Below are positions 41,251 through 55,610 of a DNA stretch of 64,000 nt, piece after piece (the first letter of the stretch is position 1; every line of letters starts with the position of its first letter). Under the pieces are notes generated by a model. The model was not told the DNA's origin, did not search any database, and worked only from the letters and a program-made list of their open reading frames with translations. The translations under genes and the position numbers were made by a program. The stretch is from contig OX597814.1 of the NCBI GenBank assembly GCA_951406725.2, positions 19,096,001-19,160,000 of the forward strand. Reading direction: 5' to 3'. The DNA comes from Octopus vulgaris (lineage: Eukaryota).

Positions 41251-41512
41251 ATGTTTACTCAAGGCAGGTTCAGGTAGTTCTACTAGTCTTTGCTATTTGT
41301 CTATCAGTTGACTTTATAACGTTAAAACAGGAAAGCAAAGCTGGCGATATCGGGGATGTAGGCTGATGGTGGAAGAAAAACTTTAAATGTCTTATATGTG
41401 CACAACATTTTTCTACATACGAACACACACTCACACACACATACACACACACACACACACACACAAGACAGACACACATAAAAACACACACTCACACAGT
41501 CATATGTATACG

Positions 41513-42061
<549 letters not shown>

Positions 42062-42074
42062 ATATATGTGTGTT

Positions 42075-42206
<132 letters not shown>

Positions 42207-42208
42207 TA

Positions 42209-43454
42209 TCAGGCTGGTGCAAAAGTAATTTCCGATTTAAAGAGCTAAGGTTAAAATGAATAAGCCAATGACTATGGAAATATTTATTCATTAACATACT
42301 TACCATTGCTTTCAGTGACCTCATTCCATCTTTCAACAACCTTATAACTGCCTCGCTTGTAAAATCCTTTAGGTTTAGAACCAAAATATGAATCTCTTCT
42401 CTTGTTTTTAACCTAAGTCCATAAAAATGGTTCTGTAATCCTCGGTACAAATGGTAATCAGAAGGAGTAAGGTCAGGAGAATATGGAGGATGAGGCAGTA
42501 TTTCCCATCCAATTCTTCCAAGAGAGTTTTGGTCAGTCGAGCTGTGTGAGGACGAGCATTATCGTGATGGAAGATGACACCCCGTCTGTTAACCAAGGAT
42601 GCTCGCTTTTAGCTCAGAACAGTTTTCTAACGACGAAGTTGCACACAGTTAAGATTAGCATTAATTGTTTGGCTGTTGTCCAACAGTTCATAATGGATTA
42701 CTCCTTTAATACCCTACCATGCACTCAACATGATCTTCTTTGGCTGAAGTCCAGCTCTCGGTTGTTGAATTTGGCCGTCCTCTTCGACTGATCCAAGAAC
42801 GGCGGCGTTTAAAATTATGGTAAAGAATTCACTTCTCATCACCTGTAACAAGCCTGTCTAAAACTGTTGCTTGAAAGTTTCGCGAAAGCAATGATTGACA
42901 ACAAGCAGCACGCTGTTGTCGATTCCCTGGAGACAGCTCGAGAAGGACCCATTTTCCAGCCACTGAAACCTACTCAATGTGTTTTAGCAGGCGTACCACG
43001 GTTGTATGGGCCACGTTTAACTGTTTTGCAAGTTCCCTAGTGGTAACAGAAGGGTTCTCTGAAACAAGAGATTCCAACATTTCGGAATTAAGTTTTGGGG
43101 ACGACCCTCTTTTGGTCCTTCTTTCAAAGTGAAATCCCCTCTTCGGAAACGGCAAAACCACCTCCTGCACCTTCTTTCATTCACTACATCATCCCCATAA
43201 ATGCTCTGAATGGATCTTGCTGCCGCACTTGCATTAACACCTTTATGAAACTCGTAGAGTAAAACATTTCTTATGTGATCTTTAGATGGGACAAATATGG
43301 TGGTAAAATTTTCTGAGAATTATGGCCAGAAGTTAGATGATCTGAAAGAAAATAGTACAAATTAGACACAGAGATATCTTAAAAGAGGTTAGAAAATTAA
43401 TAAATTTGATCTGAAACACTTTTTCTAGAAATCGGACTTCACTTTTGCACCAAC

Positions 43455-43458
<4 letters not shown>
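42209..43458 (-). mobile_element. Full-length (1250 bp) mariner DNA transposon with inactivated DD34D transposase
   Basis: Imperfect TIRs TCAGGCTGGTGCAAAAGTAATTTCCGATTT / AAATCGGACTTCACTTTTGCACCAACCTGA, TA on both sides; motifs HIRNVLLYEF, VTGDEK, HDNARPH, HPPYSPDLTPSDYHL; frameshifts. Confidence 0.95.
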
Positions 43459-43524
<66 letters not shown>

Positions 43525-43533
<9 letters not shown>

Positions 43534-43909
43534 ATACGGGTAGAAATTGATATTAATTAAGTAAAATCAGTGGCCTAGCATATTTCTAAAAAAAATCGAT
43601 GATTAGAAATTTTATACATACAAAATTTAGAGGAATGACCACTAATAGTGGACTGTATGTATGCTAGAAATAGACGTAAAACTCGCCATTTACCACGAAG
43701 AATGTGTTCTCAAGAAAAAATTCAGCAAAAATCCAAGGTGTAAAAATAAGCAAGACAACTATTTATATTTTTATTTTTATTTTTATTTTTTATTTCGTAT
43801 ATTTTCATATGTCTTGCTTATTTTTACACTTTGTTTTTTTGCTGAATGTTTTCTTGAGAACACATTCTTCGTGGTAAATGGCGAGTTTAACGTCTATTTC
43901 TAGCATACA
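43525..43909. mobile_element. Fold-back element, ~100-bp arms plus one-sided extension ending in (TA)n
   Basis: 43658-43757 is inverted relative to 43810-43909. Confidence 0.8.
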
Positions 43910-44776
43910 GGAAAATTAAATAAGGAGACGAATGCTCAGGATGTTGTTAAAACGTTTATATCTTGAGTTTTTCTTCTTACTTCTTTCGAAGGATGCACTC
44001 CAGCATTTAGCTACATTGTAATTATTCCCCTGGATTTTTCCTATAAATTGCAAACTGTGTGGGAGGGGGCTGTGCGCGCGCGTATGTGTGTGTGTATGCG
44101 AATGTGTAAACGTATATATGTCTGTCAGAAGCCTGGTGTCTTTGTGTGATTGTGTTCGCACGTATGTGTATCAGAATGCACGCACACATTCACGCACACA
44201 GACATACATATATATATATATTTATTCTTTTATTCTTTTATATATTTCCGCCGTCTGACTGCAGCCATGCTAGAGCACCCACCGCCTCTTCGTCGAAGAA
44301 ATCGACCCCAAGACATATTCTTTTTAGCCTGGCAATAATTCTATCAGTTTCTTTTACCGAACCGCTAAGTTACGAGGGTGTAAACACACCAACATCTGTT
44401 GTCAAGTGTTTGTTTCAACAATTGTTGGCTTACTAATTAATGGTATAAAAGTATTGGATTAAAAAAAAAAACATTAAATTGCGAATCAAAAGACATGATT
44501 AAATGATAGACATTTTTACGAAATTCTATAATATCCAAAAAGAACGGCGAATAATATGAAAAATGTAGATCAACATGTTTAAATGATTAAATGTTCTCAA
44601 AATTCAATATCACCAGAATTGGTCGGCGAAGAATATAAAAAATGTGGCTTACCTAAATTTCAGTCATACTAAGTCAAGGGAGGGAAGAAAAATGAAAAGA
44701 AGAAAGTAAAGAATAGGGGTTTTGTTACAGTATATGTCACCTTGTATTCTCTTTTCCGTCGCGTGAAGGGTTTTTG

Positions 44777-44861
<85 letters not shown>

Positions 44862-45120
44862 GTTTCTTTATTGGCCACACAGGGCTGCACACAGATGGGA
44901 CAAGTTACAAGGTAGAGCTTTTCTTTTGGGGGATGAAAACAAAAAAACAAAGGAAACAAAAAAAAGGTGGCGTAGGTTTTTCGATCAAAAGGGATCGTAA
45001 AAGGGAAAAAAAGAACAAAAACTAAAAAAAAAAGGAAAAGGAACAAAAGAAAAGAGAAATGAAAAAAAAAACAGGGGGAAAATGGGGAAGAGGAAAAAAA
45101 ACGATCAATAGGGATCGTGT
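44862..45120 (-). mobile_element. Tx1-like LINE 3' UTR fragment embedded in (GATA)n
   Basis: Same 3' end as 1739 and 29336; (GATA)n on both sides (44777-44860 and 45122-45238). Confidence 0.85.
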
Positions 45121-45177
45121 TAGATAGATAGATAGATAGATATATATATAGATAGATAGATAGATGAATAGATAGAT

Positions 45178-45238
<61 letters not shown>

Positions 45239-45576
45239 TGCGAGCATATGGACGTGCACACTCACGTATATATGTACTCACATTGCTCTCAATTACAGCT
45301 TGTTGGTCATGCTGGGGCACAAAATGCAGAATCTTTTTATCGATTAGACCATCGTTGTCATAAAGGCTTCGGATAACAAAATCAGTCATATTTGCAAATG
45401 TGCATTTGTAGTGTAACACATATAAGTATATTGACCGATGTGCCGGCGAGCGAAACGACTTTTACACAGTTACTTTTTCTTCTTTATCCCTCTCCATCTC
45501 TTTCTTTCTCTCTCGCTAGACATATCTTCTTCAGCCCATTCTGTGTATCTCTCTCTCTCTCTCACACACACACACA

Positions 45577-45694
<118 letters not shown>

Positions 45695-46479
45695 ACACAC
45701 ACACACACACACAGACACACACACACAAATACACTTTTGCTCCGGCTCTTTTTTTTTTATTCATCTTCCTTTATCCTTCGTCACATCCATTATTTGTCTA
45801 TGTTTTAAAAACAGCCACTTTACAAAATATACATCATGCTGTAAATATCGATATTTCCTACGCGGAACCCTCTTTAATATCGATCACTGGCCAATATCTT
45901 AGACAAACTTAGAACGCCAATGTCAGAAGATATCCAAGTATTATGTGAAGTTTTTGACGTTTATGCAAAACATATTTGTTTAGTTTACAACTGCTTCGAA
46001 TTTATGTCTCTTCAGTTGAGAAGTTTGCAGACATGTCTGCGAATATTCCCATAACCACAAAATAATACTTTGCTTCAGTGTGTGTAACCTATTTTCTTTT
46101 TAATGACGAAGTCAACGGAGAAATGTCAACACCTGTCAATCTTTTTCGAGCATCTATGTCATGAGAGAATGAAGGGTCGAATGGTCGAATTGCTTATCAT
46201 ACTGAAGATCAGACTGGAGAGCGTATGCATCAGATTTGGTTCCACCAAAGTCACCCACCAACCAGCTGATGGTATTAGACTAAGCGATGCAGTAACTGGA
46301 GTAACTCTTCCGATGTGCTTCCACGCAGTTTCCCCTCTATCAGCTTTCAATCGAAATTAGATTAAAAATTAATGATACCCACACATTGTTTTATTGATGA
46401 GTTACGTTGAGGAGTTATATCTTGGTAATGTAAGCAATATCAAAGGCAATTAGAACTAATCACGTGACATGCAGGAAGG

Positions 46480-46810
46480 GAGTTAGAGCAAGATAAATGC
46501 TCATACATGATAGTCAACCGCGGAGAGATTGTCGAGCTACAGAGAACATGTTCATCAACGGCTTGTCTGTCCCTTTAAGGATGAAAGCTACAGTTATCTC
46601 GGAATCGATGAAAATGTTGCATACGTTGGTGTTTTGACAAAAGTCAGAATAACCAAAGTGTACTTCTGTAGACTCCGAAAAATATGTAACTCGGAGTTGT
46701 CTGCATTTTAACAAGACCATATCTCACAATGTTTTTGCAGTACCGTTGCTAGTACTAACATTAGGGATATTGGTCTGGACACTCGATGAGACGCACAATA
46801 CACCAACTTC
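46480..46810 (+). mobile_element. R4/Dong-like RT C-terminal fragment
   Basis: DKCSYM...ESYSYLGIDE...RITKVYFCRLRKICNSELSAF/NKTISHNVFAVPLL..TLGILVWT. Confidence 0.75.
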
Positions 46811-47250
46811 AATTGAAAAATTTACAAACGCTGAGAAATCTCTTAACTCAAAAGGTTTTGTCACTTTGGTCGCGAGTGGCATGATCTCTTTTAGGAAGCG
46901 CTTTAATGAAACCCAAAGAATTACATACATGCATACGTACATACATACATACATACATACATACATACATACATACATACATACATACATACATACATAC
47001 ATACATTCATACGTACGTACGTACATACATACATACATACATAGATTCATACGTACGTACGTACGTGCTTACATGCATACATACATGCGTCCCCTGTTGT
47101 CGATGTTGAAATTCCAATGAAGGAGCCTTGGATCAAGGTCAAAATACGGTTCTTTATTGGCAAGAAATCTTGAAATAAAACTGAATAATGACTTACATAC
47201 ACACATACATACATACATACATACATACATACATACATACATACATACAT

Positions 47251-47281
<31 letters not shown>

Positions 47282-47401
47282 TAAATGAAATGATTTGGGT
47301 AGTGCACAGAATGGTAAACAGGTAAGAATAATAAAATTTGTTGGAAGAAGTGAATGAATTACTTTCTTTACACGCAGGTATAGAAAGTCATAAAAGGTAT
47401 A

Positions 47402-47636
47402 AAAGGCGGCGAGCTGGCAGAAACGTTAGCACGCCGGGCGAAATGTTTAATGGTATTTCGTCTGCGGTTAGGTTCTGAGTTCAAATTCCGCCGAGGTTGA
47501 CTTTGCCTTTCATCCTTTCGGGGTCGATAAATTAAGTACCAGTTACGCACTGGGGTCGATGTAATCGACTTAATCCGCTTGTCTGTCCTTGTTTGTCCTC
47601 TCTGTGTTTAGCCCCATTGTGGGTAGTAAAGAAATA
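47402..47636 (+). mobile_element. SINE family D monomer
   Basis: TSD AGGTATAGAAAGTCA (47376-47390 and 47636-47650). Confidence 0.93.
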
Positions 47637-48499
47637 GGTATAGAAAGTCACCAAATTTTCTAAGAAAATAAGAATTTGGAGACTATGCATTTACTGAGGA
47701 ACAATTCCTTCATTTCTTTCCTTTTAACAAACCTTATTTTTACCACTGAGTGTGTGCGTGTGTGTATGTGTGTATGTGCGTGTGCATATGGGTGTGTTTG
47801 AGAGAGAGAGAGAGAGAGAGAGAGTGAGTACGTGTGCGTGCGCGGGTATTGATATATATATGAATAAATAAAACAAAATAATCCTCAACAAAACTTACTA
47901 ATTTGGCCAATATTTTCCTTATAATTTTTCAATGTTCTCATTTCATAATTAGCATAATTATCACTGATAATTGTTATTTATATTAATGTTGAAATTATAT
48001 TATTACATTATTTAAATTTTATTCATCGATTTATTTGCATTGTTCAGGAAATATTTGTTTTCTTTAGTAGTTTTTAGTTATATATTATATTTCTTGTAAT
48101 TTAATTTTTTAAAATTTTCACTACGTTTTAGTTTTTCGTGAGTGTGAAGAAAATGCTCACATCTTGATTATTTGAATTTGTATTGGCTAATTTTACCAGA
48201 ATATATTCAGTGACTAATTTACATTTTCTTCCTGTTTGCCTGCTCATACGTGTGTATGATTGTATGGTAGCGACAGAGAGTAGAAATGAGGGAGAAAAAC
48301 ATAATGAATGAAAGAAAGAGGCACAGAAAATACTAAATTTTTATTCGTATAAAAATCTCTTCACTGTCCATGAGCAATAAATGATAAAAGCCCGTATGTC
48401 GTCTCGTAGCTTTCCTCTCACTAGGCTACGATATTTACAAACACCGCCATATACTGAATAAATTGTAACCGAGCGATGTACTCAAAGATAAAAACTACG

Positions 48500-48922
48500 G
48501 GAGTGGCTGTGTGGTAAGTAGCTAGTTTACCAACCACATGGTTCCGGGTTCAGTCCCACTGCGTGGCATCTTGGGCAAGTGTCTTCTGCTATAGCCTCGG
48601 GCCAACCAAAGCCTTGTGAGTGGATTTGGTAGACGGAAACTGAAAGAAGCCCGTCGTATATATGTATGTATGTATATATGTGTATATATATATATGTGTG
48701 TATGTTTGTGTGTCTGTGTTTGTCCCCCTAGCATTGTTTGACAACCGATGCTGGTGTGTTTACGTCCCCGTCACTTAGCGGTTCGGCAAAAGAGACCGAT
48801 AGAATAAGTACTGGGCTTACAAAGAATAAGTCCTGGGGTCGATTTGCTCGACTAAAAAAAGGCGGTGCTCCAGCATGGCCGCAGTCAAATGACTGAAACA
48901 AGTAAAAGAGAAAAGAGAAAGA
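48500..48922 (+). mobile_element. SINE family C, near full length
   Basis: GGAGTGGCTGTGTGG head through AAGAGAAAAGAG tail. Confidence 0.92.
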
Positions 48923-49379
48923 GATAGAAATAATTTATTTTGATATTCGACTTTCAGATCCAAGAGCTGAGTAGAGTGAGTACAATTACTGAAATATAAT
49001 ATACATAGGCGCAGGAGTGGCTGTGTGGTAAGTAGTTTGCTTACAATGGCTCCAATTGGTGGTTGCAGGAGTACCTGCCGGCCGCAAAAGAGTTAATTGA
49101 GGGAGTAATGTAAGAGATTTATCGCTTCCATATGTATAACATTTGTTTCCTTTGTGATGGACTTCTAGTCCAATTTTTTAATATATATTTGTAAGAGGTT
49201 TAATACCTGTATATATATTGTTTTTAAAGAACAATGTTTTAGAGAAGCAGAGGGTCTGCGGGTGTTTTCTGTCTTCTGCCATCTTTATCATTCGCCTCAT
49301 TAATGTCTTGTCCAGCCCGCAAAGCTACATATCTGTGTACTGCCTTTATGGCAAATGATACAAAATAAAATAAGATAAA

Positions 49380-49727
49380 GTAGCATGCTTACAAACCACA
49401 TGGTTCCGAGTTCATTCCCACTGCATGGTATCTTGGGCAAGTGTCTTCTACTATAGCCACGGGCCGACTAAAGCCTTGTGAATGGATTTGGTAGGCGGAA
49501 ACTGAAAAGAAGTCCGTCGTATGTATGTATGTATGTATGTATGTATGTATGTATGTATGTATGTATGTATGTATGTATGTAGGTATGTGTGTGTGTATAT
49601 GTTTGTGTGTCTGTGTTTGTACCCCAACATCGCTTGACAACCGATACTGGTGTGTTTACGTCTCCGTAACCTAGCGATTCGGCAAAAGAGCCTGACAAAA
49701 TATGTACTTGGCTTACAAAGAATAATC
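49380..49727 (+). mobile_element. SINE family C fragment (its head appears displaced to 49007-49045)
   Basis: Homology to 48500-48922. Confidence 0.8.
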
Positions 49728-50097
49728 CACTCGGAAGAATCAACCCTACTTAGATGTAGTATAGCAAGCAGCCGTTGAACAGCAATATTTTTTGAACGTG
49801 AGACGAATATTGTCTCCATTTCAGGAGATAAAACGGCAACTTTGAATGTTTCTATCACATTTGAATACATTAGCACAGCGTTGCCTTATATTGAATCTAA
49901 GTAGATATATCAATTTAAAATATCCAAAAGCGAACATGCATGGCTTGATATTGTTTGCCTACTTCAGATTTGCTATGGATTAGCATTTGACCGACAAATA
50001 AACTAATTTTTAATGGGCTATTCTTCGTGATTCACCATTCTTAAGACGTATTATTTCACGTTCTTGAAGTTTCTAAGTTCTATGGTATCAACAATAT

Positions 50098-50151
<54 letters not shown>

Positions 50152-50448
50152 TCATAAACACACTCACACACACACACTCACACACGCACACATATTTGCA
50201 TATGTGCTAAGGGATACTCAGTTCACATCTAACCTGACTAAGTATCTGTCATACGTATAACTCGGGTATCACACATTATACTAAATAACTCAGTTCTTCA
50301 ATCGCTTCATGAATAGACACCTCATATTTTATAATGCCACAAATATAGACTGTCGCCCTATCCACAGGGATATTATGCGATACCTTCCGAAAGGATTAAT
50401 GTTTCATATAAATATATTTAATAGTCCACATTGATTTATGGAGATTGT

Positions 50449-50517
<69 letters not shown>

Positions 50518-51206
50518 GAGATACATACTGCTAGACTTTGAGCTAACCTTTAAACAACTGTTCGGTTTATATCTGTACTCGCTCATCAAGCTGACAGTTA
50601 ATATTTATCTTTAATTTTGTGTTACTTATGTCTATGACAGCAATTTAATGACAGTAAACATAAAGTTTACAAAACTCTCTAGAGGTAACTAGACTTTAAA
50701 AAAGAATCGCCAGTATATGTAGATTAATAGTAAACGACATTTCTGTTTTTCTTTCTGATAATACGATGAGGTATTTAAGCAAAATATACAAAATATATTC
50801 ATTTACGCATGTATAGGTAATAATATACTGAAGACAATGTATATATATATATAGTCTTTATTATATCACTACCTCTTATATTATTGCTAAGAACACCAAT
50901 ACAGCCATAGCAAGAACTATTCATTATTACTATTTGCATAAATGATAATAATAATTCTTTCTGTCAATGGCACGTGACCTGAAATTTTGGGGAGGAAGCT
51001 AGTCGATTACTTCGAACCTGAGGGCTGAACTTGTGTCTATTTTATCGTAAAGAACGTAAAGGCGGGCGAAATGCCGCTAAGCATATTGTCCGGCGTGTTA
51101 ACGATTCTGACACTTCACCGCCTTAATAACAACTAAAGCAACAACAACAACAACAACAACAACAATTATAATAATGATAATAATGATAATAATAATAACA
51201 ATAATA

Positions 51207-51348
51207 GGCATTACTTGGAACTGCACGCATATTGCGTAAAGTACTGTCTGACTGAGGTCCTTGCTGTAACTTAACAAACAGTACAAACCTCGGTAAAAGA
51301 CAATATCTTCAATCAACAACATCACGAAATTGTGTACTGCGCAACGTC
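51207..51348 (+). mobile_element. R4/Dong 3' end fragment within (TAA)n
   Basis: ALLGTARILRKVLSD* plus short 3' UTR, TAA repeats on both sides. Confidence 0.75.
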
Positions 51349-52073
<725 letters not shown>

Positions 52074-52206
52074 GATTTTCCCAGGTTTGACAGGAATAAG
52101 ACGGTGGGATAAATACAAAGCACAGATATAAAGGCAAGAGACTAACAACAGGTGGATAGATGTAGGGAACCCATAGACGGGGTGGGGTGGGGTGGGGGTA
52201 ATGGAA

Positions 52207-52695
52207 CTGGATGGACAAAATAGAGAGAGAGAGAGAGGGGGGAGGGAGGGAGAAGGAGGACATGAAGTATGAGAAATTGAAGTTAGAGTTGATGAGAAGT
52301 AAATATCTGTTGAACCGTACGAATAAAATGCAGATGTATGCATGAAGTGAGAGAGAGAGAGAGAGAAGGGGGTGAGAGAGAGAGAGAGAGAGAGTAAGAG
52401 AGGGTAGAAGGGAGAGAGAGAGAGTTTGAATGAGTGAGTGATTGGTTCGTTAGTGATTGACTGGATGGACAAAATAGAGAGAGAGAGAGAGGGAGGGAGG
52501 GAGAAGGAGGACATGAAGTATGAGAAATTGAAGTTAGAGTTGATGAGAAGTAAATATCTGTTGAACCGTACGAATAAAATGCAGATGTATGCATGAAGTG
52601 AGAGAGAGAGAGAGAGAGAGAAGGGGGCTAGAGGGAGAGAGAGAGTAAGAGAGGGTAGAAGGGAGAGAGAGAGAGTTTGAATGAGTGAGTGATTG
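52207..52695. repeat. Tandem duplication of a ~250-bp GA-rich unit
   Basis: CTGGATGGACAAAATAG...GAGTTTGAATGAGTGAGTGATTG twice. Confidence 0.9.
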
Positions 52696-52832
52696 CTGGT
52701 GATAATGATTTGACGACAGTTGTTTTTTAACTAATGCTCGAGTACTGGGGTCGATGCAGCTCAACTATTCTCAGTTTAGAGTCAAGTTTTTCAAATATAC
52801 TCATATATTAATGTGTATTTATATATAAATAC

Positions 52833-52908
<76 letters not shown>

Positions 52909-52911
<3 letters not shown>

Positions 52912-53292
52912 CAGGAGTGGCTGTGTGGTAAGTAGCTTGCTAACCAACCACATGGTTCCGGATTCAGTCTCACTGCGTGGCATCCTGGGCAAGTGCCTTC
53001 TGCTATAGCCCCGGGCCGACCAGTGAGGACTTGAGAGTGAGGACGAACCGACGATGATTATTATGATTTTGATCATTTTGATGACGGCTGTGCTGGTGAT
53101 AATGATTTGACGACAGTTGTTTTTTAACTAATGCTCGAGTACTGGGGTCGATGCAGCTCAACATTCCAAGAGACCGATAGAATAAGTACTGGGCTTACAA
53201 AGAATAAGTCGATTTGCTCGACTAAAGGCGGTGCTCCAGCATGGCCACTGTCAAATGACTGAAACAAGTAAAAAAGTAAAAGAGTAAAAGAG
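52909..53292 (+). mobile_element. SINE family C with its middle replaced by locally copied sequence
   Basis: Head 52909-53022, tail 53168-53292; 53093-53162 duplicates 52695-52764. Confidence 0.8.
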
Positions 53293-53767
53293 TATATATA
53301 TATATATATATATATATATAGGCTTAACATCCCTTCTTGTTTGTGTTACTGTTATTCTCCGTGTCCTGTCTTTTACTGTTTATATTTTGTACTGTCGTTA
53401 CTGTCCTGTTTTTGTTACCATTTTTACCCCTCCGCAAAAAAATCTCAAATTTTATTTAATTTGATTTTCGCGGGAAGGAAAGTTTTTTTGAAGTCATGTA
53501 TCGCCTTGACCTTCGAAACGTGGAGTAGATGAAACTAAGACGACTGAAAAGGGGGGATTTTCCTTGTTTTGTATGTCCTGAACTCTATTTTTTCGTTGTT
53601 TAAAAGAAATGTCCATTTCCTTGTTTTTGTGTTTATCTTTTAGTTTCTCATTGTGTCCGACGTTTTTTTTTTTGGTGTCCTGTACCCATATATGCATGTA
53701 TATATACATGTAGAGGTAGGTACGTACATATATGTATGTATATATGCATGTTTTATTTATTAATTTG

Positions 53768-53821
<54 letters not shown>

Positions 53822-54044
53822 CACGAACTAAAGAAAGAGAACTCAATACTTACACTTACAAAATACAATATACAATAAATGAAATAAATTCAGCTGTCAT
53901 TCAAATGTTTCGCGCTTAGTTCAAAGACGATGTGTAATATCCTTTGAGAAAACTGGCTCAAGGCGCAAAATCCAGTAACTCTACTGCTCTCAGTTCATGT
54001 AAATTTATTCACACACACATAGTCACAAACTTGAGTGTTGCATG

Positions 54045-54086
<42 letters not shown>

Positions 54087-54555
54087 TGTGTGTGTGGATG
54101 TGTGTGTGCATGCGCGTGTGTATGTATGGTGGATATATGGGTATGTGCATGGTGCCGGTAAACATATATCATAAGCACACACACACACAAACTAACACGC
54201 AAACACAAAACACACACACATATATATATATTCCTCTAGACATACACATGCACACATGTACAAACGCACATACACACACAAACGCACACCACTCGTAATG
54301 ACATTTTAAATATGTATTTGCTGGTAAGAAATCATGTCACAGACTCAGTAGCATAGCTAAATAAATATAAATTAACATAATCCAGCTAATATACACTTTC
54401 ATTGCGCATATCAATTGTACATTAATATGCCCTTATGTAAACAATGAAACACATGCACGTGTGTGTGTGGCTGCGTCTGTATGCATGAATGTGTGTACGT
54501 TATTTATGTACACACACACCACACACACAGAGACATATATATATATGTATATATA

Positions 54556-54651
<96 letters not shown>

Positions 54652-54734
54652 CATATATATAATATAATTTTTATGTATGCGTAATGAGATAAAAAATCAA
54701 GGCTGTTTAGATATTAGAAAATTTATAGATAGAA

Positions 54735-54790
54735 GGTTTTACAGCTGTTTCCAGGATATTTCTGAATTATATCCTTCATCGGAGACGGTG
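54735..54790 (-). ncRNA. Hammerhead-like motif in a PLE-like end between (TA)n tracts
   Basis: Minus strand GTCT-CCGATGA-AGGATAT(9 nt)ATATCCT-G-GAAAC-AGCT-GTA-AAAC. Confidence 0.5.
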
Positions 54791-54910
54791 TGAGAGGATG
54801 ATTAAGTGATAGTTAGTTTAGATGTGATACAAAATAGAGAGAGAGTAGAAGAAAGAAAATAGATGTAAGATATGGATTGATATTGAAGTTGTAAATCCAT
54901 AGTTGTTTTA

Positions 54911-54964
<54 letters not shown>

Positions 54965-54980
54965 TAGATAGATAGATAGC

Positions 54981-55069
<89 letters not shown>

Positions 55070-55370
55070 GTGCAGAAAATGGAGAGGAAAAATTTGCTTA
55101 TTTAAATTCAATTCCTGATAAACTTTTGTTTAATCAGTTATTACCTGTACCCTATGAGCATACTGTACTTGCATGTCCAGGGATAGCATAGATAAATGAT
55201 ACCGGTAGTAAGAACGGACATTCTTATCCCTTAGACGGTTATTCCAACCGCTAACTTTGCTTAACTGTTTTATATATACATGGGGAGAATTCACAAAAAA
55301 GAAAAGACGAAGGCAGGTGGTGTGGACAACAAACAGATGTATTAGTTTAACGCTCGGGAAGTGAAAAACT

Positions 55371-55406
55371 CTTTAACGTTTCGAGCCTACGCTCTTCCAC
55401 AGAAAG
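55371..55406 (-). ncRNA. Minimal hammerhead motif (A6 mutated) in element 55275-55470
   Basis: Minus strand CTTT-CTGTGGA-A-GAGC.GTAG.GCTC-GAAAC-GTT-AAAG. Confidence 0.55.
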
Positions 55407-55517
55407 GAACACAGAAAGAAACAAGGAGAGAAAATAAAGAATGTGCAGTTGAGTGATCTATCATGCCGAATGACATATATATATATATGTGTGTGACCAC
55501 CATTTTCTTTTCTTCTG

Positions 55518-55610
<93 letters not shown>

